Below, one piece after another: positions 28,136 to 38,523 of a stretch of 64,000 nucleotides of DNA. A program made the position numbers and the translations under genes. Position 1 is the stretch's first letter; every line of letters begins with the position of its first letter. The DNA comes from Selaginella moellendorffii (lineage: Eukaryota > Plantae > Lycopodiophyta): positions 1,061,616-1,125,615 of the forward strand of contig NW_003314326.1 of the NCBI RefSeq assembly GCF_000143415.4, read 5' to 3'. The notes beneath the pieces are model-generated. The model saw nothing but the letters and a program-made list of their open reading frames with translations. It had not been told where the DNA came from and made no database searches.

Positions 28136-28169
28136 CTAAACCCTAAACCCTAAACCCTAAACCCTAAAC
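28136..28169. repeat. Interstitial plant telomeric repeat (CCCTAAA)4+
   Basis: CTAAACCCTAAACCCTAAACCCTAAACCCTAAAC. Confidence 0.95.
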
Positions 28170-29499
28170 ATGTGGCAAATGCTGCGTGAAGAAAGATGCC
28201 CTTTCTGGGCAAATGCTGTAAGAGGCAGATGCCGAGCAGATGTATCTCAGGCTAGCGAAGGGGACGAACGAAAGCTAGCTATAAACATGACGGGATGCAA
28301 ATAGATTACTAGGCTGGTCCTACGAAAATCAAAAACCATAATTGAAAACATTGAAAATGCAAAAAGAAAGGTTTATAATATTTTTGAATTTTAGGCAACC
28401 AAAGGAATGTAAGTAGGGCATGTGTTTGTAAGTTTAAAAATGCCTCAACCACTTAAATTCCCAAGTAAATAAAGCTGTTTCTATTTTTGGTACAGGTAAA
28501 CTTTATAGCGTGTGGGCTCATGCAATTTTGAACCCAAAAATGCACCAAAAAATGCTCGACTAGCATTATTCTTTGAATGGCGTGTGGCCTTATATTGCCA
28601 TAAATGGACGTACACACACAGCATAATTATTCCTTTACACGGCGAATAATCTTGGCGCGGATCGCTGACATGGCATGGCAAAGTTCGAATCACTGACATG
28701 GCACAGCTGGATCGAGGCAAGGACATGATGTGACAAAGTTCAACCTCCGACAGCAAAGTCTAGAAGCTACTCAGTTTGAAATTTGTCAGAGGAATCATAA
28801 GATCTGGTTTGTCAGAGGATTTGATGTGACGTTCAAGCGTGTGTTATTTTTGAATTCTCGAACTCATTCCTAGGTCTATCATTTTTGTGCGCCGTGTTCT
28901 TGGTTCCGCTGAGCGCAGTGAGCGCTGCTTGTGTAAGCGGCGTTGTGGGCTGTGGTTTATGCGTCTACGAGCGGTTGCGGCATTGCGAGCGCCATTGCGA
29001 GCGGTAGTTTATGCGAGTGGCAGTTTGTGCGAGCGGCGCTACGAGCAGTTGCGGTGTTGCGAGCGGCGCTACGAGTAGTTGCGGTGTTGCAAGCGGCACT
29101 GTCTTTGGTGTGGCTACCGCTTCCTCTTGATATTCGGCACTTGTGCTTCCTGGTATGTTCACCATGGAATGGCTTAGGACCACATTTAGAAATGGCATGA
29201 GGCCACATGCCATCTTGGGCCCTTGCAATTTCATGGCTAGCGTATTGTCATGTATGTTTTTACTTGCCTGCAGCTGTGTGTATATCAAGATGGCATGAGG
29301 CCTCATGCCATTAGTGGTACCACTAATGGCATGAGGGCTCATGCCAATTTTGTGAATGCGAAATTTCACGTGGGTGTCAATAGCATGTTTGAATAATGGC
29401 ATGTGGCTTCATGCTATTGAGGTTGTTTGGTATGTTATGATTTAGGCCATTCTCCAATCATTTTTTGTATGGTCTTAACTTCTTTTCTGCACTTTCAGA

Positions 29500-32400
29500 A
29501 TGGCCTTCAGGGTTGGGGAAAAGGTTTACATTTTGAATGGTGGGAAGAGAGTTGCAAAAGGGACCCTTGTGTCTATGGATCGGAACTTTGTTATACACTG
29601 TGAAAGGCTTGGGGAAGGCAATGCTGCTGTATCAGTAGAGACTGTCTTCGATGGGAATGTGGTCGCTATTGAACGAGGAGAGATGGTCGTCGGGGTAAAT
29701 GTTGTTGTTGCCTTGAAAAATCTTCAGAAGAAAGCAGATGTTGGGGACAGCGCAAGTGCGACGCATGTTCCCTCCGTGGATCTTAAGAACCGTGCTACAT
29801 GGATTCAGGCAAAAGTGTTTCTAAACAACCCCGAGGGGGAGGTGGTAGCTGAGGGCTTAGCCACAGTTGTCGATCCAAGAGATGCGGTTGCTAATCAAGA
29901 ATTGGGCTGGGATGATATTGGAGTTGTGATTTTAGAGGTTGTTGACACAGAAGAAAACAGTCTGACTATTGGAAGCATTGTGCGGTGGAAATTGAGGCAC
30001 TTAGTGTTTGAGAATGTGAAGGATTCACAATCAAACACCACTACAACTGATGACAGAACATCTCTTCATGGGAAAAGAAAGTACACCTTCCTAAAGCGCA
30101 GCCAAAGGGATCTGAGCAACGAACCGAAAAGGCAGAAAATGGCGATGGAGGTTCGAATGGTCTCGACAGTTGCTTGTTGCAAGAGGAGGTGCTGTCAACA
30201 TGCTGATTGGGATGCTATTGAAGAGGAGAGAGCAAGATACAAGACATTGTCCTGGAAGGCAGCTCGCAATTTTGTGTATGAGGCATTACGGTCATCTGTT
30301 GATGCTTCAGAACATCAGGTGGGGGGCATGGTCTTCCAGAGGGGTTTGGTCTGCATGAAGGCATGGAGAATCATTTATGGAGTCCCTCGAACCACATTCT
30401 ACAGAATCAAAACTGAGTTCGAGGAACAAAGGGTTCAACAGGCAGTCCATGGGAACGACGGTACGCACAAAACCAGGGGTCATGTTGTATATGGAGAGGC
30501 AATCTTCAAGAGGTTTGTCGAGACATGTAGCGAGCAGCAACCACATAAAACCCGCCTCTTGGAAGATGGAACATGAGACACCCAACGAGTTCTCCCTTCC
30601 ATGTATACCAAGGGGGCCATATTGGAAGATGTGAATCGGGAACTCCAGAGTAATGGCTACAAGAAGCTGAGCCAATCTAGATTTAGTAGATTGTGGAGCA
30701 ACAGGTTCAGGGATGTGAGTATAGGAAAGTACTCCAGCTTTTCAAAGTGTGACGAGTGCACTGTTATCAAAATGGCTTTGTCGAAGAATTCTTGCAGCGC
30801 TCAAGAGCGAGAGACGTTGGTTAGAAGGCGGCTCGACCACAACATCGAGCAGAGAAGCTGCAGGACTGCATATTATCATAACAGGATTCTCTCCATGGAG
30901 AGACCTGACTCTTACCTCTGCATTATCCACGACAAAATGGACCAGAAAAAGACGTGCTTACCTCGACTCAATCCTGCCCCCAAGGCAATCTCTTCATCCA
31001 TGCAGCTGCCTGTGTCTCTGTTTGGCATAATCGCTCATGGGCATGGTGCCCAGAACTATGGGAACTTCTTTGTACGTCTATGGGGTGGCGGGGGTGCAAA
31101 CATGATGATTGCGTCCCTAGCAAAACACTTAAGGTCTCTGCAAAGTGCGCAGACTGAGCTGAACGGCCAACCCTTGCATAAGGCCCTTGTCGATCGAACC
31201 CCATACAGGGTTCAGCTGGAGGAGGAGCAAAGGCTTGCAGTATCGCGTGGGGCCCCATGCCATCCCAGTGAATATGTTGGCCGTCAGATTGTAGGGTTAT
31301 CATGTGAGGCCTCATGCCATTCCGACGAGGCTGGTCGCCCGGTGAATGCACAGCCTCATCCAAACAAAGCAGAATCTCAAGGAAGTTCTTGCGGCTGATG
31401 TGGCCTTCCACCCCATCTTCTGCTCCAAACAGACAATGCTGGCAGTGAGAACAAAAACATGTACGTCTTCGCGTACTTGGCGATGCTTGTTGCCAAAGGC
31501 ATATTTGAAACGGTTACACTTGGCTTTCTCATGGTTGGGCACACTCATGAAGACGTCGATGCCATGTTCAGTCACCTGGCAGAGTCCCTCCGGCGATCCA
31601 ATGTCCTCACCCTCCCACAACTCTACGATGAATTCCAAAATTGCATCAAAGGCACTGTTGAAGCTGCACTTCTGACAGAGGTTCCAGACTTTAAGGGGTT
31701 TGTAAGAGGCTACATCAGGGATGGATCCGAAACGCTGATTGGCCACTCCAAGCCTCTTCAGTTTCATTTCAGCATGTGTGACGGTGCTCCAGTGATGAGG
31801 TACAAGATGAGAGAATGGGACACAGTGTGGCTGCCAGTGGACGGCATTGAACTCTTCAAGAGAGATCCCATAACTGGGGAACCTATGATTCCTCAGGGTT
31901 CCCCACGGCCGATGCACCCGGATGGACTCAAAGACTAGGAAAGTATAGTGCCGGGATTAGACAGCATATTGCCTTCTGGAAGAGGGGGTTGGTGTTTGGT
32001 GGAGAATCCTATTTTCAGAGGTGCAAGCCTTTGCTCGAATACTGGGAGAAGATTATATCTGCTATCCAAAATGGGCCAGTTGTATATGAAGAATTGGAAG
32101 AGTCCTTTTGGCCAGAACCCAGAGCACCAGATAGTAGCGGAACAATGTCCTCTGGAAATGCAGTGACAGATAACGATGTTGAGGATCACTATTGTGGGCC
32201 GAGGAACAAGAAGCCGGATTCAGCATTCAATCCAGTACAGGTCTGCAAAGGAATGGTCGTGCTTGTCAGACCCAGTAATAAAAAACAAATGATATGGGTG
32301 GGGCGCTGCATCACTGATGCAGAGGAGGATGCGGAAACTAACTCCTTCAATGTAACTGTGGAGTGGTTCAAGCCAAGTTCCGGATATACGAAGGATTGCC

Positions 32401-32640
32401 TAGAAAAGAGATGGGTGCTGAATCCAAGGGATCCCAGCATGAGCATATCGGTGGATAATGTTGTGCATGGTTGGATGCGGAAGCAGAGTGCCACCATCAC
32501 CTTGCCAGACCATGCAAGAGATGCAGCAAGAGCATTCATAACTCGGGTTCAAGGTGAGATTCATTAATATTCCTTTACAAAGTTTCTAATGTATTTTATT
32601 TCAAGGTGAACAATCCGAATCTGAATCAGAGGAGGCTTGA
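29500..32640 (+). pseudogene. Sola1-like DDD transposase, ~1030 codons, disrupted
   Basis: One frame through stops at 30574, 31396 and 31936, then a frameshift near 31950; motifs FSKCDEC, IIHDKMDQKK, LQTDNAGSENKN, FLMVGHTHEDVD; terminal intron 32554-32605; probable 5'UTR intron 29153-29498. Confidence 0.85.
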
Positions 32641-32855
32641 TATAGTGTGTGAGGTAAAACAAAGATGATGTGACATATGCATTTACCAATCACACGTGCA
32701 TAAATCTAATAATATGGCGTGTGGCCCATATTAATGGCACATAAACCCATATTGTGGGCTTACGTGCTTTATGTACCATCATTCCCTTGCAGCGTGTGTG
32801 TTGGTTTCCTTTTATAACACAACGAACTCCATATTTTAGGGTGAAGAGCGTTCTC

Positions 32856-33113
32856 ATGGCAAGCACAAAATCTGTAAGTGAGGCAAAAAAGGAGACGGAG
32901 AAGGAGATAGGTGAAGATGTAGAATATATAAGTCTTCCAAACTCCCCGTACTATACTCCAGGTGATCATTTTTCTGAACAAACGGCAACATTAACAACTA
33001 TCGAGAACGCCCCAGTAATGTCAGAGACAACAATCCAAAGCAAAACAACTGACCCGGAGAAGGATGATAGTACCGCTGAGAGTACCAAAAAGGAGGTGTC
33101 CACTAGCGCTTAG
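32856..33113 (+). CDS. Small unknown ORF (85 aa) near the right TIR
   Basis: MASTKSV...VEYISLPNSPYYTP...SETTIQSK; homologous to the ORF-a copies at 7507 and 40144. Confidence 0.45.
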   Translation: MASTKSVSEAKKETEKEIGEDVEYISLPNSPYYTPGDHFSEQTATLTTIENAPVMSETTIQSKTTDPEKDDSTAESTKKEVSTSA

Positions 33114-33749
33114 GCTTATAATGGCGTGTGCCCTCATGCCATTTACTTGATCACCAAATACCTTTTTCCCTTTGCACTAGTATATCTTAATACCGGTCTG
33201 AGAAATAGAATGGCATGTGCCCTCAGGCCTTTTACTAAATCACCTTTGAAAGAAATGCAAGCCTCTATGTCGTAAAAAAAAGGTACTAGAGAAATTCCTT
33301 AATAATATGAATGTTATTTAGTTTCATGAAAATACACTAAGGGTCAAATGAGTTAAATGACTTCTCCAGACTAGCAATGCCTCTTGCTACACCTTCACAA
33401 TTAGATTCGTTAGAAAAAGATAACATTGAATAATATCTAAATGTTCTCACCATTAAGTTATATGTCTGGCTAATAGGAATGATGTTCATCTTGGAAAGCT
33501 CACCACACGCTCAATGAACAAACAAATAGTGTGTGCGCGCATGCCATCGCTCTTCTTTAGCTTCAGATTCGGCTTGTTCACCTTGACAATGAGATTTATT
33601 ATACAACTAGATGGACTCAGTCTGGACATAAGGTCACCGCGCTAGTCACCATGCCCCAGATATGTCTAGCCCCTGGACAAAAAACATATAATTTCACGTC
33701 ATTTTCAAATACTTGAAAATTTGTACCTAGTCCCATTTTACTGAATAAA

Positions 33750-33773
33750 TCCCACTTTAACGAAATAGAGCTT
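33750..33773 (-). repeat. Right TIR
   Basis: TCCCACTTTAACGAAATAGAGCTT, exact reverse complement of the left TIR. Confidence 0.97.
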
Positions 33774-36360
33774 GATTGAGGACCTGTTCAATAGGTTGGG
33801 AAATGCAAAATACTTCTCGAGGATTGACCTAAGGTCGGGATACTACCAGATCAGGGTAGCAGAGGAAGATGTCGAGAAGACAACCTGTCGAACAAGGTAT
33901 GAGAGCTTTGAGTTTCTGGTGATGCCCTTTGGGCTATGCAATGTGACAGTAATGTTTTTGGCACTGATGAACCACATCTTTGTATCTTATCTAGATCACT
34001 TTGTGGTTGTCTATATTGATGACATCCTGATCTATAGTGAGACGCTAAAGGAGTATGCCGAGCACTTGACAAAGGTGTTTGAAAAACTAAGGGAACACAA
34101 ACTATATCCTAAAGAGAGCAAATGCGACTTTGCTTAACAAAAGGTAAAGTTTCGCATGTGGTGGGCTAGGATAGGCTCAAGGTGGACCCTAAAAAGGTCC
34201 AAGTGATCCAAGAATGAGAGCAACCATCAAATGTACATGAGTTGAGGGCGTTCCTGGGACTATGCAACTACTACCAAAAGTTTATCAAACACTATTCAAG
34301 AGTAACCCTACCTTTAACGGACCAAACTGGTAAAGGGAAGATGGTATAGACAATGGAATGCAAGGCGGCATTTGTCCACCTTAAAGGGAAGTTGAGGAAG
34401 ACACCCGTGTTAGCATTACCCGACTTCGATAAGGACTTTGAGGTAGAAACAGATGCTTCAGACTTTGCGTTGGGCGCAGTTTTGAAACAAGACAACCATT
34501 TAGTGGCGTTCTTCTTGAAGAAGTTGGACAAGGCTCAACGAAAGTGGCCTACCCACGAGAAAGAATTATTTGCGGTGGTCAAGGTGCTGAAGGAGTGGCG
34601 ATACTACCTTGGGAGGCACTTCAAAGTTTACATAGATAATGTGGCAACGAAACACTTTTTGTCACAACCTGACCTAAGAGGGAAACAAGGTTGGTAGGCC
34701 AGTGCTTTGGCTGAGTTTGATTGCGAGATTCTGTATAAACCTAGGAAGAGCAACATCGTGGCAAATGCTCTAAGTCGAAAAGGAAGCTTAAAGTTGGTGA
34801 TATCTAGCGCAACAGCAACCTTTTGGGACAATGTGCGAACAGTGTATGAGAACAATGGTCTAGCACAAGAAGTGTCGCTGAGGAACCAAGAGGTGCGAGA
34901 AGCTCACCAGAGAGGTGAGTTGCCAATAGAAGAGAAAACAGGTTATGCAAAACGCAATGGACTCATCTATTATAAACAAACAAGGGTGTACGTTCTAGAA
35001 GGGGAACTAAGGAAGATAGCCTTAGAAGAGTGTCATGACGGATTTCTTGCAGGCTTACTCAAGAGGAAGTATCACTGGCCAGATATGGTTAAAGACGTCC
35101 AAGACTATGTAAAAACATGTCCAACATGTCAGCAGGTCAAAGCCGTGACTAAGGCTAGTGGGGGCTTGTTACAAAGCATCCCAATTTCAGATCGGCCGTG
35201 AAAATGTCTTACAATAGACTTCATCATGGGACTCCCCTCAAGCAAGGGATTCGATGCGATATTCGTGGTGGTGGACTGATTTTTGAAGATGACACATTTT
35301 ATACCCACCACAACGGAAGTGGATGTGAAAGGTGTGGTGAAACTATTCTTCAAACAAATGGTTCGAGTGCGGGGAAGGCCAGAAGAGATCATCTCAGATC
35401 GAGATAAGATCTTCACTAGTAGGTTCTGGAGAACTCTCCTAGAATAGTATCACACCAAGTTGAAATTCAACACAACCTATCACCCACAGACAGGTATTGG
35501 GTATTAAGTCAAGTTTGATGGCACTAACACTTCTTGACAGATGGACAAATGGAAAGGGTGAATAGGCAGTTGGAGGATTATTTGCAATGCTATGTCTCGG
35601 GAGACCAGACCGATTGGGTAAGTCATTTGGGACTTGCAGAAATGTGCTATAACAACTCACCACACTCAAGTATCGGGGTGAGTCCATGGGAAGTCATCAA
35701 TGGGCGAGTTATTGAAGGTCCTGTGGAACTCAGTGTGGTCGAGTATCATGGAGAGTTACCTGCAGTGGAGGCATTCACAGCGGAAAGACTCAACATTTGG
35801 AATCTAGTGAGGGATTTCTTGGAACGAGCTCAACAAAAGCAAGCCAAATACGCGAACCAGAAGTGCCAGGATGTAGAGTTCCAAGCTGAGGAGAAGGTGT
35901 GGCTGAACACCAAGAACCTCAGGCTACCAAGTGGGATCAGCCGGAAGTTGACCCAAAGGTAAAAATGCATGTATTCTTGTAAATGAATTGATCTTGAGTT
36001 CCTTAAGCAGGTTCGTGGGGCCTTACGAGATTGAGTCACGAATTGGTAAAGTGGCTTACCGTCTCCGACTTCCTCGAGAGATGGGGATGATGCACCTAGT
36101 GTTCCACATGAACTTACTCAAGCCATACTTTGAGGATCCACTTCGCAAGGACCAAGTAAGACATTTACTTGAGGTTATCCAAAGGGAGGAGGAATACGAA
36201 GTCGAGGGCATCCTCAATGCACGCAAGAGTAAGCAATAAGGACGCGAGGTGAGAGAGTTCCATGTGAAGTGAGAAGGATTTCCATACTGCGAAGCAACAT
36301 GGGAACCAAAGGAAAACCTAGCAAACACATAAGATCTAGTGGAGGAATTTCTGCAAGGCA
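33774..36360 (+). pseudogene. Element A RT(3')-RNase H-integrase-chromodomain
   Basis: IDLRSGYYQIRV, YIDD, ETDASDFALG, CPTC, ISDRD, YHPQT|DGQMER, R|FVGPY, EYEVEGIL...ATWEPKENL; two intron-like inserts. Confidence 0.92.
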
Positions 36361-36794
36361 GAACTCTATATACATATGCAAAGTTCAATTAAAGTATTAA
36401 TTTGTGAAGTTGAGCAATGGTATATGCTGGGACTCGAAGGCGCACCGAAGGTAAGCTAATTAGCATAGGTTAGCTAAGTTGACTAGGTGTAGAGAATTAC
36501 ACCCGACTCCCTGCAAGGATGTCGAATCCGTAGACGTATTCTACAAAGGTTGGGTTCAAGTCCCAACCCCCTAGTAAAGCAAGGCTGGGTTCAAGTCCCA
36601 ACCCCATATTAGAGCGTGGTGAAGTGAGGGGTATAGGGACACCTATATTCTGTTGTCATGGGCTTTTGGCCGGGGAGGCTAACTTAGGCACATCACTAAG
36701 TGGGGAGATGCCCCTAGAGACATGGGTAACAAGTCGTAGGATTAAAAAAAGATGTTCGATGTGGGCATCGAACTTCTTCTATGGGTGGTGGAGT

Positions 36795-37709
36795 TGTAAG
36801 GAACCAACTCCTCGAGGTGTCGTAGGCTAAAGGATTCCCGAAAGTACGACTGAAATGATAAAGAGTTCATCAGATGGGACCGAATCTAAGATCGAGTCCA
36901 AGACCAACTCTGAAACCGAGTTCGAGATAGAGTTCGGGACCAAGTCTGAGGCCGACTCCGAGACTGAGTTCGAGACCAAGTTTGAGACAGAGTTTGAGAT
37001 CTGAGATCGGGTCCGAGACCAAGTCCAAGGTCGAGTCCGATGTCGAGTTCGAGATCGGGTCCGAGGTCGAGTCTGAGATCTAGTCCGAGATTGAGTCCGA
37101 AATCAGGTCCGAGGTCGAGTTCGAGACTAAGTTCGAGTACTAATACAGGTCAAGGGGTGAAAGCACAAAAGGGAAACCAACTGCGGTGCTCCCGGCTCAT
37201 GTGGAGTGGTGCCCCACTTGAGTACCTTGTGGTTTATTGGTCCTCGCCCTTCCTAGGGGCTTAGGCCTTCCCTTCGGGATGGAAGTGGGGGGGTAGAGGT
37301 ACCTATACCATGCCATTAGGCCATGGTGTTTCGCCCCGGTATCCCGAAGCAAGTGTTGCACCCAAGGCTTAGGAATTAGAAAGTTCTATGATCAAGTCTT
37401 GTTGTACCAAGGGATGTTAGGAACTTGGAGGCTTGGTGTGCTTAGCTGCTTGTACCTGTGGGGAGTGTAGCTGAACCTTAAGTCAAGTCTAACTCGGGGA
37501 GGGGGATTGAGAGAGATTTGGGAATCCATGGATGGATGGCTAACTCTCCGTTGTTCGTGCAGTGAGTAGTTGAAACCAAGTAGGACCACGTAGGAGCTGG
37601 TATAATAAGCAAGAACCTTGGCGAGGGAACTTAGCTAAAAGCCAAAGCGGTGTTGGTTGGATAGGTGAGGTAAGTTAGCAAATTGAAAAGGAAAAATTTA
37701 TAGATTACA
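36795..37709 (+). repeat. 3' LTR of element A (contains GAGTCCGAGA-type short tandem repeats)
   Basis: Preceded by purine tract GGGTGGTGGAG; 3' part matches 18203-18549. Confidence 0.88.
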
Positions 37710-38523
37710 CCTGTATCTAGCATCTATATGCAAAATGGTGTCAGATAGTGTCTAGCACAATTTTGGTATACCAGTGGCCTAACACGAGAAGGAGGGTACC
37801 CCACTGACGAGAGCAACATGGAGCTTGGGCTTAGACCCAAGGTAGATGCAAAACAAGGAGCAACACAACCCAACATAAGTCAAACTAATGTCTAAAATGG
37901 TCAGACATGCATTCCAACCACTATCCTTACTATACATTTAGAATCCCTTTTTAGCCCCGCCCCCCCCCCCAAGAAACACACGCTTTGGGTTTTCACCCTA
38001 AGCTTCCCTTAGTATCAAGAGTTAGTCTTTGGGATTAACTCAAAACTTATAAAATATCGAATAACATTAAATTGTGAATTTGGACACAGGATGAACACCA
38101 TTGTGTTTAGGCCAATGTCTACATTCTGTAGATATACCAAATTAGTAAATTTAGACACTTTCCATAATTAGCCAATGGAACGAAACAAGACCAATACAAA
38201 AAGCATGATAGCGAGGGTGTTTGGCAAACACAGTAAGCTATCATGTAATAATATTAAGGGACTAGACTTAATGAGCAAGTGCAAGTTAATGAATGAGTTT
38301 CTCTAACTAGCTCAAGTATGTTTAACAAATAATATTTAAGAATTCCATCCTTATACTCATCTGGTCAAATGCACACGCGATTACCAATTTCTTAACTAGC
38401 TTGGGTGGAGGTCATAAAAGGAACCAGCAATATTGACCTCTTACCATTGTGGTAATAAAGAAAGAGTGTTCATAAGGACTACCTGACAAGTATCTTTCGA
38501 TACCCAAAGTTACATTTGCGACA
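37710..38523 (-). repeat. 5' LTR remnant of element B
   Basis: Matches about 13814-14655. Confidence 0.85.

Larger units (their letters stand above)
20741..33773. mobile_element. 13-kb TIR DNA transposon, Sola (Sola1-like) superfamily, with accessory gene
   Basis: 24-bp perfect TIRs; GATT duplicated at 20737-20740 and 33774-33777; removal restores the RT motif PLPRIEDL; 4-bp TSD and DDD motifs fit Sola. Boundaries are certain, superfamily is inferred. Confidence 0.9.
18203..37709 (+). mobile_element. Ty3/Gypsy chromovirus A, inserted in the 5' LTR of B and split by the DNA transposon
   Basis: Truncated 5' LTR 18203-18549, PBS TGGTATTGGAGC 18553-18564, gag-PR-RT-RH-INT-chromodomain, PPT, 3' LTR 36795-37709 (TG...CA). 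Confidence 0.92.
13730..38523 (-). mobile_element. Ty3/Gypsy element B (outer host of the nest)
   Basis: 3' LTR 13730-14655 with adjacent PPT (TTTTCCCCCCTTT on +); 5' LTR remnant 37710-38523 similar to it; flanks GTTAG/ATTAG (5-bp TSD, 1 mismatch). Confidence 0.85.

Noticed and set aside
21126-33547. Palindromes as a CRISPR array or MITEs
   Set aside because: Irregular spacing over 12 kb, no spacer periodicity, no visible TSDs, only 22 bp
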